From: Antedon mediterranea
Lineage: Eukaryota > Animalia > Echinodermata
Assembly: GCF_964355755.1 (NCBI RefSeq)
Contig: NC_092679.1
Span: forward strand, 3,750,201 to 3,814,200
DNA: 64,000 bases
Direction: 5' to 3'
Positions 38,066 through 50,300 of the stretch are shown here, one piece after another. The position numbers were made by a program, and so were the translations under genes. The notes below the pieces were generated by a model. The model had not been told where the DNA came from, searched no databases, and saw only the letters and a list, made by a program, of their open reading frames with translations. Numbering within the stretch: position 1 is the stretch's first letter; the number at the start of each line of letters is the position of its first letter.

Positions 38066-40262
38066 TTGGTTATCCGCAACGAAGTTGCAGGATAACCTCT
38101 TGTGATTGTACGAAATCATCATCATCATCATCTTTTTCTTAATCTTCTTTCTTTCTGTATGATTTTTGTGTAACGCTTTTCTCTAAAACTTGCAAACATA
38201 ACATTTTGTTAACTATGTTAACATTTTGACATTTATGTAACGTCGTCAAGCGAAGCTTTTCATGATGTTTACAATTGCGCAACGTGACGTACTCGCGATT
38301 TAACGATTTTCTCGTATTTAACATATGTCGAAAACCAAATAACATTTTAAAGTGAAACTTTGCAAAGTTTAATTTATATCATGCGCTAACTTTCTGTTGA
38401 AAAAAAATTGCGTGTTTTACACAAAGTTACGCGCGCACGCGCATTTAAAATTTCAAAATGCGCAAAATTAATTTTTAATCAACTTTCTACGCGTTTCATG
38501 TCGTTTTAAGCATGTCAAAAATTCCCACGCGTGCGCACATTTTTACGTGTGCGGTGCGCACGTAGCATTGAAAACGTATTTTTTTTCGCGTGATTTATGT
38601 TTTTCCAGCCTTTTCTAGTAATTTTACCAAATTTTTAACAATTTCGACTTAAAGATACGTCATACGAGCACGTCGAATTGGACAATTTGCGCACGTTTTT
38701 TATAAAAAGGTTAAAAAATTCGTTTAAAATATGCCTTTTTCACGCTGCTGCTCTAGCCCGCTACGTCCCATTAGGACTACTCAATCAGAAGCTAAAGCAA
38801 GCAGCAGTTATAGTTCTAAGGACAGACAGTTTTGTGAAAATGGAAACTCCACTATGATTGATTGATTCCAGCTGCTACAGTGGACCATAAAAACGGCTGG
38901 GAAAGAGTCTATTAGGACATGTCATGCTAAAATTACAAATCCCTATATTCACTGTCAGTGTCAGATATTCATTGAATTATTATCGAAACAGTCAATTAAA
39001 GTTTGTGTTTGTAATAGGATACTTCACAATTGAAATATCTAGGGTGATGAAGTGACCCCCGGAGATTTGACCTTAGCAATAAAATTAACTAAAGTGACAG
39101 AAATTGAGTATTCACTTCTGTAACAAAAAAGTAATATTTATTCACATATAAAAAATGAAAAGAAACCCAAAAACCATTGTCTGACAGACAATTTAAGTAT
39201 TTGTTGCTTTAAATTACATTTTTTCAGGTAAAATAACTATCTATTATGTGACAATAAAATGACACATTCAAAAACATTTGAAATAAAAAATATTTTTCAA
39301 TAAGCGAGCAGCGTTTTTTGTAAGAAATATTTCTTGTTTAAACAGTCGTAATTTCTAAACTAGACGGTCAAATTTTTGTGGATGACATTTTCTAGAAGTA
39401 GATGAGTTGTAGATATCGGATCAGGTATTAATATGGCTAACCGGACATTGTGACGTCATCGTATGGCCACGCGAATATAAAATTTAGGATTTTTGTATCT
39501 TTCGTCATAGCTCATCACATTGAATAGAGCGCATCTCCACTTATCCGTTTTCTATTTTCACCCCGATTTTGATATTGTCTAGGTCAATCTACTATCTTTC
39601 GCATGAGTTAAAAATATTTTAATTTTTTTGACGTCATCATGCCTAAAAATTTAAATCATGTGTGGCATCAATTTCATCTTTACAGTAAATTTTAATCTGT
39701 TATAGCTCGTAAGAATAAAATGTGATAATCACGATTAAAACTTTTTCTGGAAGCTATTGGATTGTAGATACGAAATTATGTAAAAATGTTGCCAATCGGA
39801 TGTTGTGACGTCATCATATGGCCAGTTAAATAAAAAAGGTCGTATTTTCATCTTTTGCGTCATAATTCATTACATTTAAAAGAGCGCGCATCAATATTTC
39901 ACGTATTCAAATTTCTTCTACACGCTAATACGTTGTTGCTGAGATAATTTCCTTTCGGAATTGCTACCTTCGCGTTTCATTTTAAAACCGTCAACATGTT
40001 AAAAATTGCAATAAATAGCGGGTCCCGTAATTTCACTTATTCTACACTGTATGTGATATGGATACAGATTATACTGTGTATACTATATATGAATTTAAAT
40101 AATAAAATTCAGCAATAACAACATATCATATTCTTCAGTTCAGGTCATAATGCCAACGTGAACACTTCCTTTTGTCCTCAACCTATCCCCTTAATGTTAA
40201 TGTTGCACCACTTGCGCGGCGGATAACCAAACTCGTCAAAGTGACGAGTTACATGTCTAGTT
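38066..40262 (+). mobile_element. Non-autonomous Helentron-type element (HINE/DINE-1-like), 2.2 kb
   Basis: Subterminal IRs ttggttatccgc (38066) and gcggataaccaa (40219); 5' hairpin; (ATC)n microsatellite; 3' hairpin aactcgtcaaagtgacgagtt; CTAG end; inserted at TT. Confidence 0.82.
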
Positions 40263-40900
40263 ATGCTATAGTAACTATTTATTTCAAAAAATAAAAGGGT
40301 CGAAAAATGGTAATTTTTCAAAAAAATTCCTGTACTATAGTACAGGGATTTTTTCAAAAAATAGCAAAATTTCGACCTTTTTATTTTCCGATAAAACTGG
40401 TTACTATAGCATAATTGACATGCGCAGAACCCAATATTCGACTCTGCGCATGTTTATTATGCTATAGTAACTATTTATTTCAAAAAATGAAAGGGTCGAA
40501 AAATAGCCAAATTTCGAACTTTTTATTTTCTGATAAAACTGGTTACTATAGCATAATTGATATGCGCAGAACCCAATATTCGACTCTGCGCATGTTTATT
40601 ATGCTATAGTAACTATAGTAAATTTTGACCTTTTTATTTTCCGATAAAAATGGTCATTTTTCGAAAATTTTCCTGTACTATAATATTATATGCATATTTA
40701 AAAATGTCGATATTTGGCAAAATTTCAACCCTATTATTTTTCCACATAACTGGTTGTTATATTATAAATTGGCATGCGCAGACGCACGCAATGTGTTCTG
40801 CGCCTGTTACCTATTAAAAATGTCAATATTTGGCAATTTTTCCCCGTTTCCCTGTACTATTATTTGATTCTGCGCATGTTAATTATGATAACGTCAAAAA
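40261..40900. repeat. Palindromic ~190-bp repeat continuing after HINE, degenerating rightwards
   Basis: Unit resumes at ttatgctatagtaac exactly where it was interrupted near 38066. Confidence 0.85.
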
Positions 40901-41490
40901 ATATAATAGTAGAAATATGGCAATTTTTTTGAAAAAATCATAAGGTTTGTTTTCCCATCAATTTTAATCAATGTATTATGCCACCAAAAAAACCCCCAAA
41001 ATTTCGGCCTATTTTTCACTTGGTACTACATCATAAGGTAACATAATACTTTTCCCAAAATAAATAATCTTGGCCCTACGAGACCATAATATATATATAT
41101 ATTTATATTTAAAAAAATAGCAATATTATCTGATAATTGAATTTTAGTAGTAAATACATATCTTGGGGGATACCATGCATTTGTGAACTAAAAATAATAC
41201 AGGGATTTCTGTATTTCTGTAAAACTTATTTACTAAATGAAAATGACAATGTCTTGGACTATTTTATTACAAATTCTTAAATGAAATATATCCAACAGGC
41301 CTGGTGGCTAGGTTAAACTACTGTACATCAATAAGATTATTGAAACTTCCTACTAGAATCCATGTGTTTTCTTACAATATCTTTACATTCATAATGAGTG
41401 CAGTAAATATTTTATTTACCTATTTACTTTGTTGGGCGATTATTTGAGATTTAGTGATAAATGTTGAAGCCTAGGCCATGCAGACAATTA

Positions 41491-41675
41491 TGGCCAATTT
41501 ATACAGACGAGCGGTAACGGTAATACAAATATAGAAGCTTATGTTATTCCTTATGACCACTTACACAACGCGCGGAGCGCACGTGCGGTTTCCGCTGAGG
41601 AAAGATACTGATTCTACGTGGGACAAGCTACGCGGTTTGCTGCTTACCGTTACCGCTTGTCTTGTAAATTGGCCT
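41491..41675. mobile_element. MITE family B (PIF/Harbinger-like)
   Basis: ~32-bp TIRs ggccaatttatacagacgagcggtaacggtaa / ttaccgttaccgcttgtcttgtaaattggcc; TTA on both flanks. Confidence 0.78.
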
Positions 41676-41930
41676 TTACTTTTTTTAAAATGTGCGATGG
41701 GGTTGAGTATCAGAATACAAGCACCTCAACAGCAGAATAATACCTACATTTGATTTATTGAAAATAGTTAATATTTATATAAAAAAAAAATCTGTTAGAG
41801 GAATAGAAACAATATAAAAACATATTTTCTAAGACAAATATTACATTTTAAAATAAATTAGTAAACCAGATTTGTGTGGGTATCGAGGTGTGGGATTTAT
41901 TGTTTTTATGTTAATATTAGTTTAAATCTT

Positions 41931-42020
41931 TTCTACACTATCAATGTGCCCATGTATACTACCATATTTGGGAATATCACTCTTTTTTTGTCAAACTAGT
42001 TTGATAGTGTAGACAGAGCT
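41931..42020. mobile_element. MITE family A, internally deleted
   Basis: tctacactatcaa...ttgatagtgtagacagagct. Confidence 0.7.
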
Positions 42021-43071
42021 GCATTTAGCAGCACATTTATGTTTACTCATTGTTTTCGTGTAATTTAACGCGGCGTAAATTCTTTGTCTATGTTTTAAAG
42101 CAGCGGACAGGATTATAATCATCATTATAATATAAAAAATAAAACAGATACATATTGTGAAATATTAAATATGAATACTACCGTGACAGCCAATTCTCGG
42201 TACTGTATGTGAATTTGTCTAGTGTCATAGGTAAACTCTGTGATACAGTAGCACATGTGAGACATACACATCACATTTAAACATTTGCCTATAATACTGG
42301 ACAAATCTTTTCATATTATGTAGAGGATACAGTACTTAGAATCAGCTGACTATAATTATAACAATAGCCTTAATTAAATGTTGATACAATATCAGCAGTT
42401 ACTATGTATCGTATGAAGTATTATGCAAAATATTTAACAATAATAATGAGATATGTTTGATGATTCTATTAATAGATTCCTCATGATTTGCCAAGATAAA
42501 GTAATTCATAAACAATTTATAATATTTATTAATAAACAAACATAAGTGTTACAACAACACCAATGGCATATCCTTATGATTCACCTTTCCCCCTCAAAAA
42601 AAGTTAGCAAAAATAATTATGAAAATAAATATACATAATTTGTTTTTCACACTCAATAAAAACCCGCATGACCGAAATCTAGCAATAATTGTTTAAATCA
42701 GACATATGGTATTTATCATTTAGTAGACCCAGAATTGTCATTAAACCTCAGTTTTCTATAACGCAGTAAAATAGCAATAATCAGTGGGTTAGTATTGACA
42801 TTTATTTATTATGGGTGGAAAGAAACAACTGCAGATAGACAAATTGCAAGTTAATATAATATAGGTGGTAAATATGTTAACATATTGATATAGTTTCATA
42901 GATGGGAAAGTAATCAGTATAAAACATGCAGATTTTGAAACAATAAAGTTGTGAAAAAAATAATAAATACTAGACAAGGTGGCGTGTATACCAGATTTGT
43001 TGTTTGCGGCTAGTATAATGTTTAGTGTTGGTGGAAATAAAGAAAAGGAAAAAGAGAAAAAGAAGCTTGAC

Positions 43072-43187
43072 CTATGTGACAACAAATGTGATGTGCCCAT
43101 ATATAGACATGATGATGTCATATCACCACCATATTTGGGAACTTTACACCTTTTTTGTCTAATAAGTTTGATAGTGTAGACAAAGCT
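43072..43187. mobile_element. MITE family A, partial
   Basis: Core plus right TIR. Confidence 0.7.
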
Positions 43188-44100
43188 TTACATTACTAAA
43201 TGTAAGATATTTTTTAAGCAATATTTTTTTATCCTAAATAATAATGGCATCTATTATCGTTTGAGAATTATTATAAAATATTTAATATGTATATGTTGTA
43301 ATTGTGTTGTTATAAGACTACTGTACTTTGTAATAATAAAGATTTTTTTATAGAAATTAATAATAGTAAAGATGGATAATGTACAGTATATTTTAACATG
43401 AAAATAAAATAGGTAAAAATAGTATGATTTGATTTAATTAACATTTATAGTCATCTATACGGCTAGCATTCTACAGTATGTTACCGCAAATGATTAAAAA
43501 GATGAATTTATTACCAAATATTGATGCAACAATTAACTACCTCCCCACCTCATTTGTTTTTATTGGAACATATCTTCCATGTTTGTTTCCTATGAACACA
43601 TACACATATATGCACACATGTCCTATGAATTAATGTCATATGAACATATATCAGGTATGGACATAAGCCCTATGAACATATGCATATGATCCAATGCTTA
43701 AAATGGTACACAGGTTTTCTATTCCACTCTTTCAAACTACACTAGATGCAGGTACATCATTTAACGACAAAAATAGAATTTTAATTTAATCCTTTTACAA
43801 TAACAATGTCATGTGGGGTAAATGTTTAAAAATCGTACACACAATAGAAAAAAAAATACAATCATTATAATAACAGAAAAGTGTTTTATATACATAGTTA
43901 GTTTTAACCTAAATAAATACATGTTTATCAATTCATTAGTTTTTCTTAAATTTCTTGTCTATTTTTATCTTACATTTTGTCAAACATTCTTCCCATTGTC
44001 TTGTATTCATGTTTTTTTTATACAAATAAAATCATTGAAACCTTTATACAATTCGTGCTTCCGCTTATCATCGTCGTCCAGGTCAAAGTTCACAGATTTG

Positions 44101-44391
44101 TTAAACCCATCCACCGGTTAATTTATGGAACAGTTCTTCGTTGAGAGTTTGATTCTGATCTTTAGATCGCATAGACAGAAAGATATAGCCACCAATAAAT
44201 TCATGGACTACTTTACAATCGGCAGACTGACTCTGAAAATGAATGTCTTCGTCTTCGGTTTGAATCGTAACCTCGCGCACTTCCCAGTTCACGTGCCATG
44301 CGGTCATCGTGCTATACCTCCAATTTTTTTGTGATTCACCAGTGTTAATGTCCATTCGGATTACACGGTTGTACGCTACTCCTAAAAGATC
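44101..44391 (-). CDS. Kindlin last exon (F3/PTB-like subdomain)
   Basis: ttttaacag acceptor; [14 protein letters not shown]...GGWV TAA. Confidence 0.95.
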   Translation of the reverse strand, partial: DLLGVAYNRVIRMDINTGESQKNWRYSTMTAWHVNWEVREVTIQTEDEDIHFQSQSADCKVVHEFIGGYIFLSMRSKDQNQTLNEELFHKLTGGWV

Positions 44392-47300
44392 CTGTTAAAA
44401 TATAAACAATTAAATCCATTAAAATTGCACAGACGGATAAAATAAGACAATTCCAGTGGCAGAAAATATCAGTGGAATACATAAATTTGACAAGACATAA
44501 ATGTTAATGAATTTTTAAAATAAATTATTTATACAACCAACTACACAATATATATTTTTTTGTTTGTATTTTAATAAACAAACATGAAATACTTTGTGAA
44601 CAATTTTATAAATATTGGTCTGATGAAGGGTATTGGTCTGATGAAGGGTATTATTGAATTTATAACATAAATCAAAGAACAACTCAATCAGGCACAAAAT
44701 TTAATAGACAATCATTAAACTTGCCTCTCGTTTGGAATTCCTAAAGCGCACCACAAAATAAGTGATTCCGTATTCCGGCAGTGCTTGCCAAGCCTTAATG
44801 TAGTTCCATCTGGCATCCATTAGTGACATCTCTCTTACGTTGGCATGCGCCTCCAGGATCCTTGTGGCAATCTATTGGGATCAATCATGGACAATTTGTA
44901 TCACCATTGGGAGAATATCATATAATAGATAACCATAAAACTGTAATGTACAGTGTTTTAACCATATTGAAAACTATTACTGGGCATGACTAGTATAATT
45001 CCACGATGAGTATAATCCCACAGCTGGTATAATCCTACGACTAGTAATATAATCCCATGACTGAGTTAAATCTTACAACCAGCATAATCCCACGACTAGT
45101 ATAATCTCATGACTAGTATAATCTCATGACTGAGTATAATCCCATGACTCGAGTATAATCCTATGACCGAGTATAATACCATGACCGAGTATAATCCCAT
45201 GACTAGTATAATCCCATGACTAGTATAATCCCATGACCGAGTATAATACCATGACCGAGTATAATCCCATGACTAGTATAATCCCATGACTAGTATAATC
45301 CCATGACCGAGTATAATACCATGACCGAGTATAATCCCATGACTAGTATAATCCCATGACTAGTATAATCTCATGACTGAGTATAATCCCATGACTCGAG
45401 TATAATCCTATGACCGAGTATAATACCATGACCGAGTATAATCCCATGACCGAGTATAATCCCATGACTAGTATAATCCCATGACTAGTATAATCCCATG
45501 ACCGAGTATAATACCATGACCGAGTATAATCCCACGACTAGTATAATCCCATGACTAGTATAATCCCATGACTAGTGTAATTTCACAACCAGTATAATCC
45601 CACGACTAGTATAATCCCATGACTAGTATAATCTCATGACTAGTATAATCTCAGTATAGGTTTTACAGTTCCTCTTGTCTATTCTGAGTATTAAAGATGA
45701 ACAAAAACCTAATACCGGTACTACCTGTTTTGTTTTTAGTTTCATAACGTTTTCAAATAGGATATCGATTTAAAAAAAATTCTCTGAAACGGGTAATACA
45801 TTATAAGCAGAAATATACCTCTTATTCTAAATTACTAACCTGTTTAGGTTTTAGTTTCTTGAGAAATCTTGGAGCAATGTAACTCTCTGGTTGGATGTCA
45901 ACGGCATCAGGGTTGATGGTTGGCGTACTTGATGGTTTATGCTGTTGCATTTTTAAGAAGGCTTGGATTCCTTGTACCTCTGTATCATATGTGCTATCTG
46001 CCATCGTCTTGCCCTTCGATGCTAAGCGACACGCTGCCATCCAGCGGGCATATTGGTTCTCCTGAAAGAGACAAATATAATTTTGTTTTTTACAGCAAAC
46101 ATCCAATAGCAATTGAGAAAAAAATATTTTTATATACAGACTTTGGTAATGGCCTTTGTAAAAATGGAGTATTACAGGATTTGAACATGTCATGCTAGGA
46201 CTAGTAGGCAAGCATTGATAACCACCCAGCTTTAATGTCATTAATATTATTATTATAAGTTCTACAAACCTGTCAAAGCCTAGTAAAATGTAAATAAAAC
46301 TTTAAGATATTGTTTTATAAAAATATTGTACTTACACACACATGAGAAATATTGTTGAAAATTATACTAGACATATTACTTTATTATTAAATTAAAATTT
46401 TTAAATCAACATATTGTTGAGTTGTTTGCAGACATAGCAGTCTATAACATTGAAACCAAACACCATACTTATGCCTCAACTTCTACAAGATATCAACTTA
46501 ACAATTTATCATCCTTAAAGGGCCAGTTACAGGTTATTAAGGTTGTCCTTATTTAGGCATCATATTTGCATAAGAATGAAACACAAAATAGATACCATTA
46601 CCAAGTGGGCAAAGTGGGTGACATGTTTCAAGGTGTGTAAGCCTAACCATATTTTTAGTCATTTTTCCGCTAGTATTAGTTTATTACCTTAAGCCTTGTC
46701 TACACTATCAAACTTTATGGGACAAAAAAATGTGATGTGCATCATATTTGGACATCATGATGTCATATCACTACCATATTTGGGCACATCACACATTTTT
46801 TGTCAACTTGATAGTGTAGACAATGCTTTACTGTAGGCATATGCAAAACTGGATGACCGGGGAAAGAGAGGGGAAGTTTGAGGGTCTCCCAGTTCATAGT
46901 TCTTGCTTATGCTTACACTTTTCCCCCTTTTTGAGGGAGAAAAACAACTCCCTGTAACAATCTTGGCCAGCAACTTACTTCCCATTACAAAGGCTGCAGT
47001 ACTACTATATGCCAAAGTATAGTAAATTACGGGCATTGGTAATATTACATACAGTAATTAGATTACAATAAATAAGAAAGAATCTCGTACGATCAGAATT
47101 TATACAATTATTATACTTTTTACTTTTTTTAGTAAACAAACACAAAACATTCTTGTATTGTAAATCAAAACATATTCCAGATGACTCTGAAACAACTTCT
47201 TTTAATAAAATCAGGAGACCCGTAGGGAATTTGTTGCTAGGTAACCATAAATCATCTAATGGCTGATGCCTTGAGAAAATTGAAAGCAAGCATTACATAG

Positions 47301-50300
47301 GTTATAGAATTTCCACATTATTTCCTTTTTAAAGATGAATTGCGATGATGTGCGCAATGATTTATAATCACTGGGTATAGGTTACCATATATTGATAACA
47401 AGAAGATAACTCAATACATAGAAGAGAGAAATAAATTAAAACTGAACTACATAAAGATCTATGCGCTGTGTAATACTAATAGCTATCAAGCTATCTTTTC
47501 AAGATGAAGTAGACAGTAAATTTTAACAGTAGTGTAGTGGAGCTGTAGCTTGGCGGTTAACATGTTTCCAATCCCAAGTAAAGGTCCAGGGTTCAATCCT
47601 GACCTAGAGCTCTTTCAACTTCACTCACTAAGCCTATAATGAAACTTATATATAAGCACGGTAAATTATAAAATAGTTTATCCATCCTGTAATTGGCGAG
47701 TTATTCGCTGTTGGATGCATATTAAAAAAACAAACAGTGTGTTCCATCTATGTTACACAACAATCACGATATGTAATACATTACAATATTCTCATCTCAG
47801 CTTTGAATGCAGGCACAAAAAAGCCTAGGGTGTGTCTGAGAATATCGTTACCATTACAGTATTATGGATGGATAAAAGGCTAACTATACTGTGCCCTGGA
47901 AGACATACATTACTGTTTTATTTTTGTCGTGTTATATTAACGAATGGGAAGGATTTTTTCTAAGGACCAAATTACAACTCCACTCCCAAAGACTTGTAAT
48001 AAGACTTTGTTTATGTAGAGCATCTTGTGTATATGTTTGTCTTGTGAACCTCTGAGGGTCCCTAATGATCAGCAATAGCTGGATGGATCACCCTCATTAA
48101 ATATGGTTAAAAAAAAAACAACAAAAAAAACATTTCACCTATGCTCAAATAGGGTAGCAATATGACATCATATATCATGTTCTTATGAATGATCATCATT
48201 ACAGTATTATCAAAGGAAAAACCTTTTCCAAGTGCCCTTCTTAAATTAGCTTTAAAACTACAAAGACAATTTTGTTACACATAATGTCTTGACTTGGCTG
48301 TATAAAACTCAGTCTGATTTTTCAGATCTATAAAAACTCAGACCAGATGTCAAACATACAGTGGGTTTTGATTATGTCTCATTGACTCATTTTCTAGGTT
48401 TCAATATTTAAGATTGTGTAAACATATGACCAAATATGTACTTAAAACTACGGAAACGATAAACAGATAGAAGGCTTGACAGGTATTATATATCATATTA
48501 ATTGAACACTGAAAAGGAAACTAACCTAGTTAGGAAACAATATCATTTTGTTATAATCATGATTGTAGTTTCTAACAAACTGAATTACTGTACTTTCAGT
48601 ATTTTACAGGTATTCTGTTATAAAAATAGCAATGAAAATAAAAACAGGTATCTTAGTAAGGAAAAACAATAGTTTGTTGTTATACAGTACAGTTTATAAT
48701 GTTAAATAATTACCCAGGACGCCAAGTTAAAATGCAAACCCATATTCAGGATTGATATATTATTATGGGAGAATCTTATTTATACACAAGCGGAAAGAAT
48801 CATTACTAGATAGGCTAGATACAGTAGGCCTATACCACCACTTCCTCAGCTAATTTAAGAAGGGCACTTGGAAAAGGTTTTTCCTTTGATAATACTGTAA
48901 TAATGATGATCATTCATAAGAACATGATATATATGATGTCATATTGCTACCCTATTTGAGCATATCACTACCATATTTAGGCAATCACACTTTTTTTGTC
49001 AAACTATTTTGATAGTATAGACAGAGATTTACTCTGCCGGTTGCTAATTTGGAAAACACTTCAGGAAAAGGTTTCTTTTTCCTTTGATAATAATAATAAT
49101 GATGATCATTCATAAGGAGCCAAGACTACGATGTTGTTAATACTGTGATTGCAACCCATCATCTCACCCACTCACTTTCACGCACATTTTTTCCTGGTAA
49201 TAAAGGCTGATGAGTAGCTATAGACTTATTACTCACCAAATAAGGTGGGATATGCTTTAGTAGTGTTAAGCAAGCATAACTTAATTTAAACTTCGGTATG
49301 TATGATGTTACAGTATGTCATGTTACAGTATGTCTATGAAACATTTATTACTTGTTTTGATAAGGATTTGTGAAGTGTATATTTACATTAAGTGTGTGTG
49401 TGTACAAGTACAGTAGTATGCTTTAGTAATTGGTTACATTTGGTTTGGAGCTGCCTGATTTGTTCTTCTTAAACTAGTTTTATCAGCAAGATTTACCGAA
49501 ATGCATTGCTTCCACCCAACCAGTATTAAATATGGTACTGAATTATTGAATTACAGTACTACATATTAAATTTAATATTTAAATATTAGTAACTAATCTA
49601 TAAAACACAAAAAAGGTAAAATAATATTGTACTTTGACAATCCATATTTGATATTTTTGTTTAGAATATATAAGATTCGGTACTTTGTCTGAAATTAATT
49701 TTTAAATTGGGAGAAGTGCATACTGTATATACTGTTCATGTTTTTTGGTTATCCGCACTTGGCGGATAACCCCTTGTTATTGTCAGGATCTTTTTGATTA
49801 TTAAATTTATTTCTATCATAATGCCTTTTAGAAGATAAAAAGGTTAAATGGTATACAAAATATACAGCCAATAAGAGTCTAGACCATAATTGAATGGATA
49901 CCATCTTGAAGAATACCACTTTCATGTATCATTTAAGAATACATAGTTGAACGACCCCCTTGTCATACAGTTGACAAGTCCCTGCGGAATGATTCAGTTT
50001 ATGCGCATTGGAAACTTTCCAAAATCTTTCCAAATTTGCATAAAGCATAAAAATATGATGATTTGACTAAAAATGGAAATTGTAATCTTGATAGGAACTT
50101 ATGAATCATGCACTAATCCTGCATTATTTGCAGAGCATTGTGACATTATTGGACAAATTTTATGTTCATCTACGAGCTTAAAGATTAAATGTATGAAGAG
50201 GGTAATCTTATAACATACAATGTAAGGAGGAGGATGTTTACAGGCTAGATATCAATCATTGTATATACATAGGGATATTTACTTTTTTTATCCACTAGCG

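Noticed and set aside
47538-47615. tRNA gene
   Set aside because: A/B boxes only; acceptor and anticodon stems do not pair, so treated as a SINE head.
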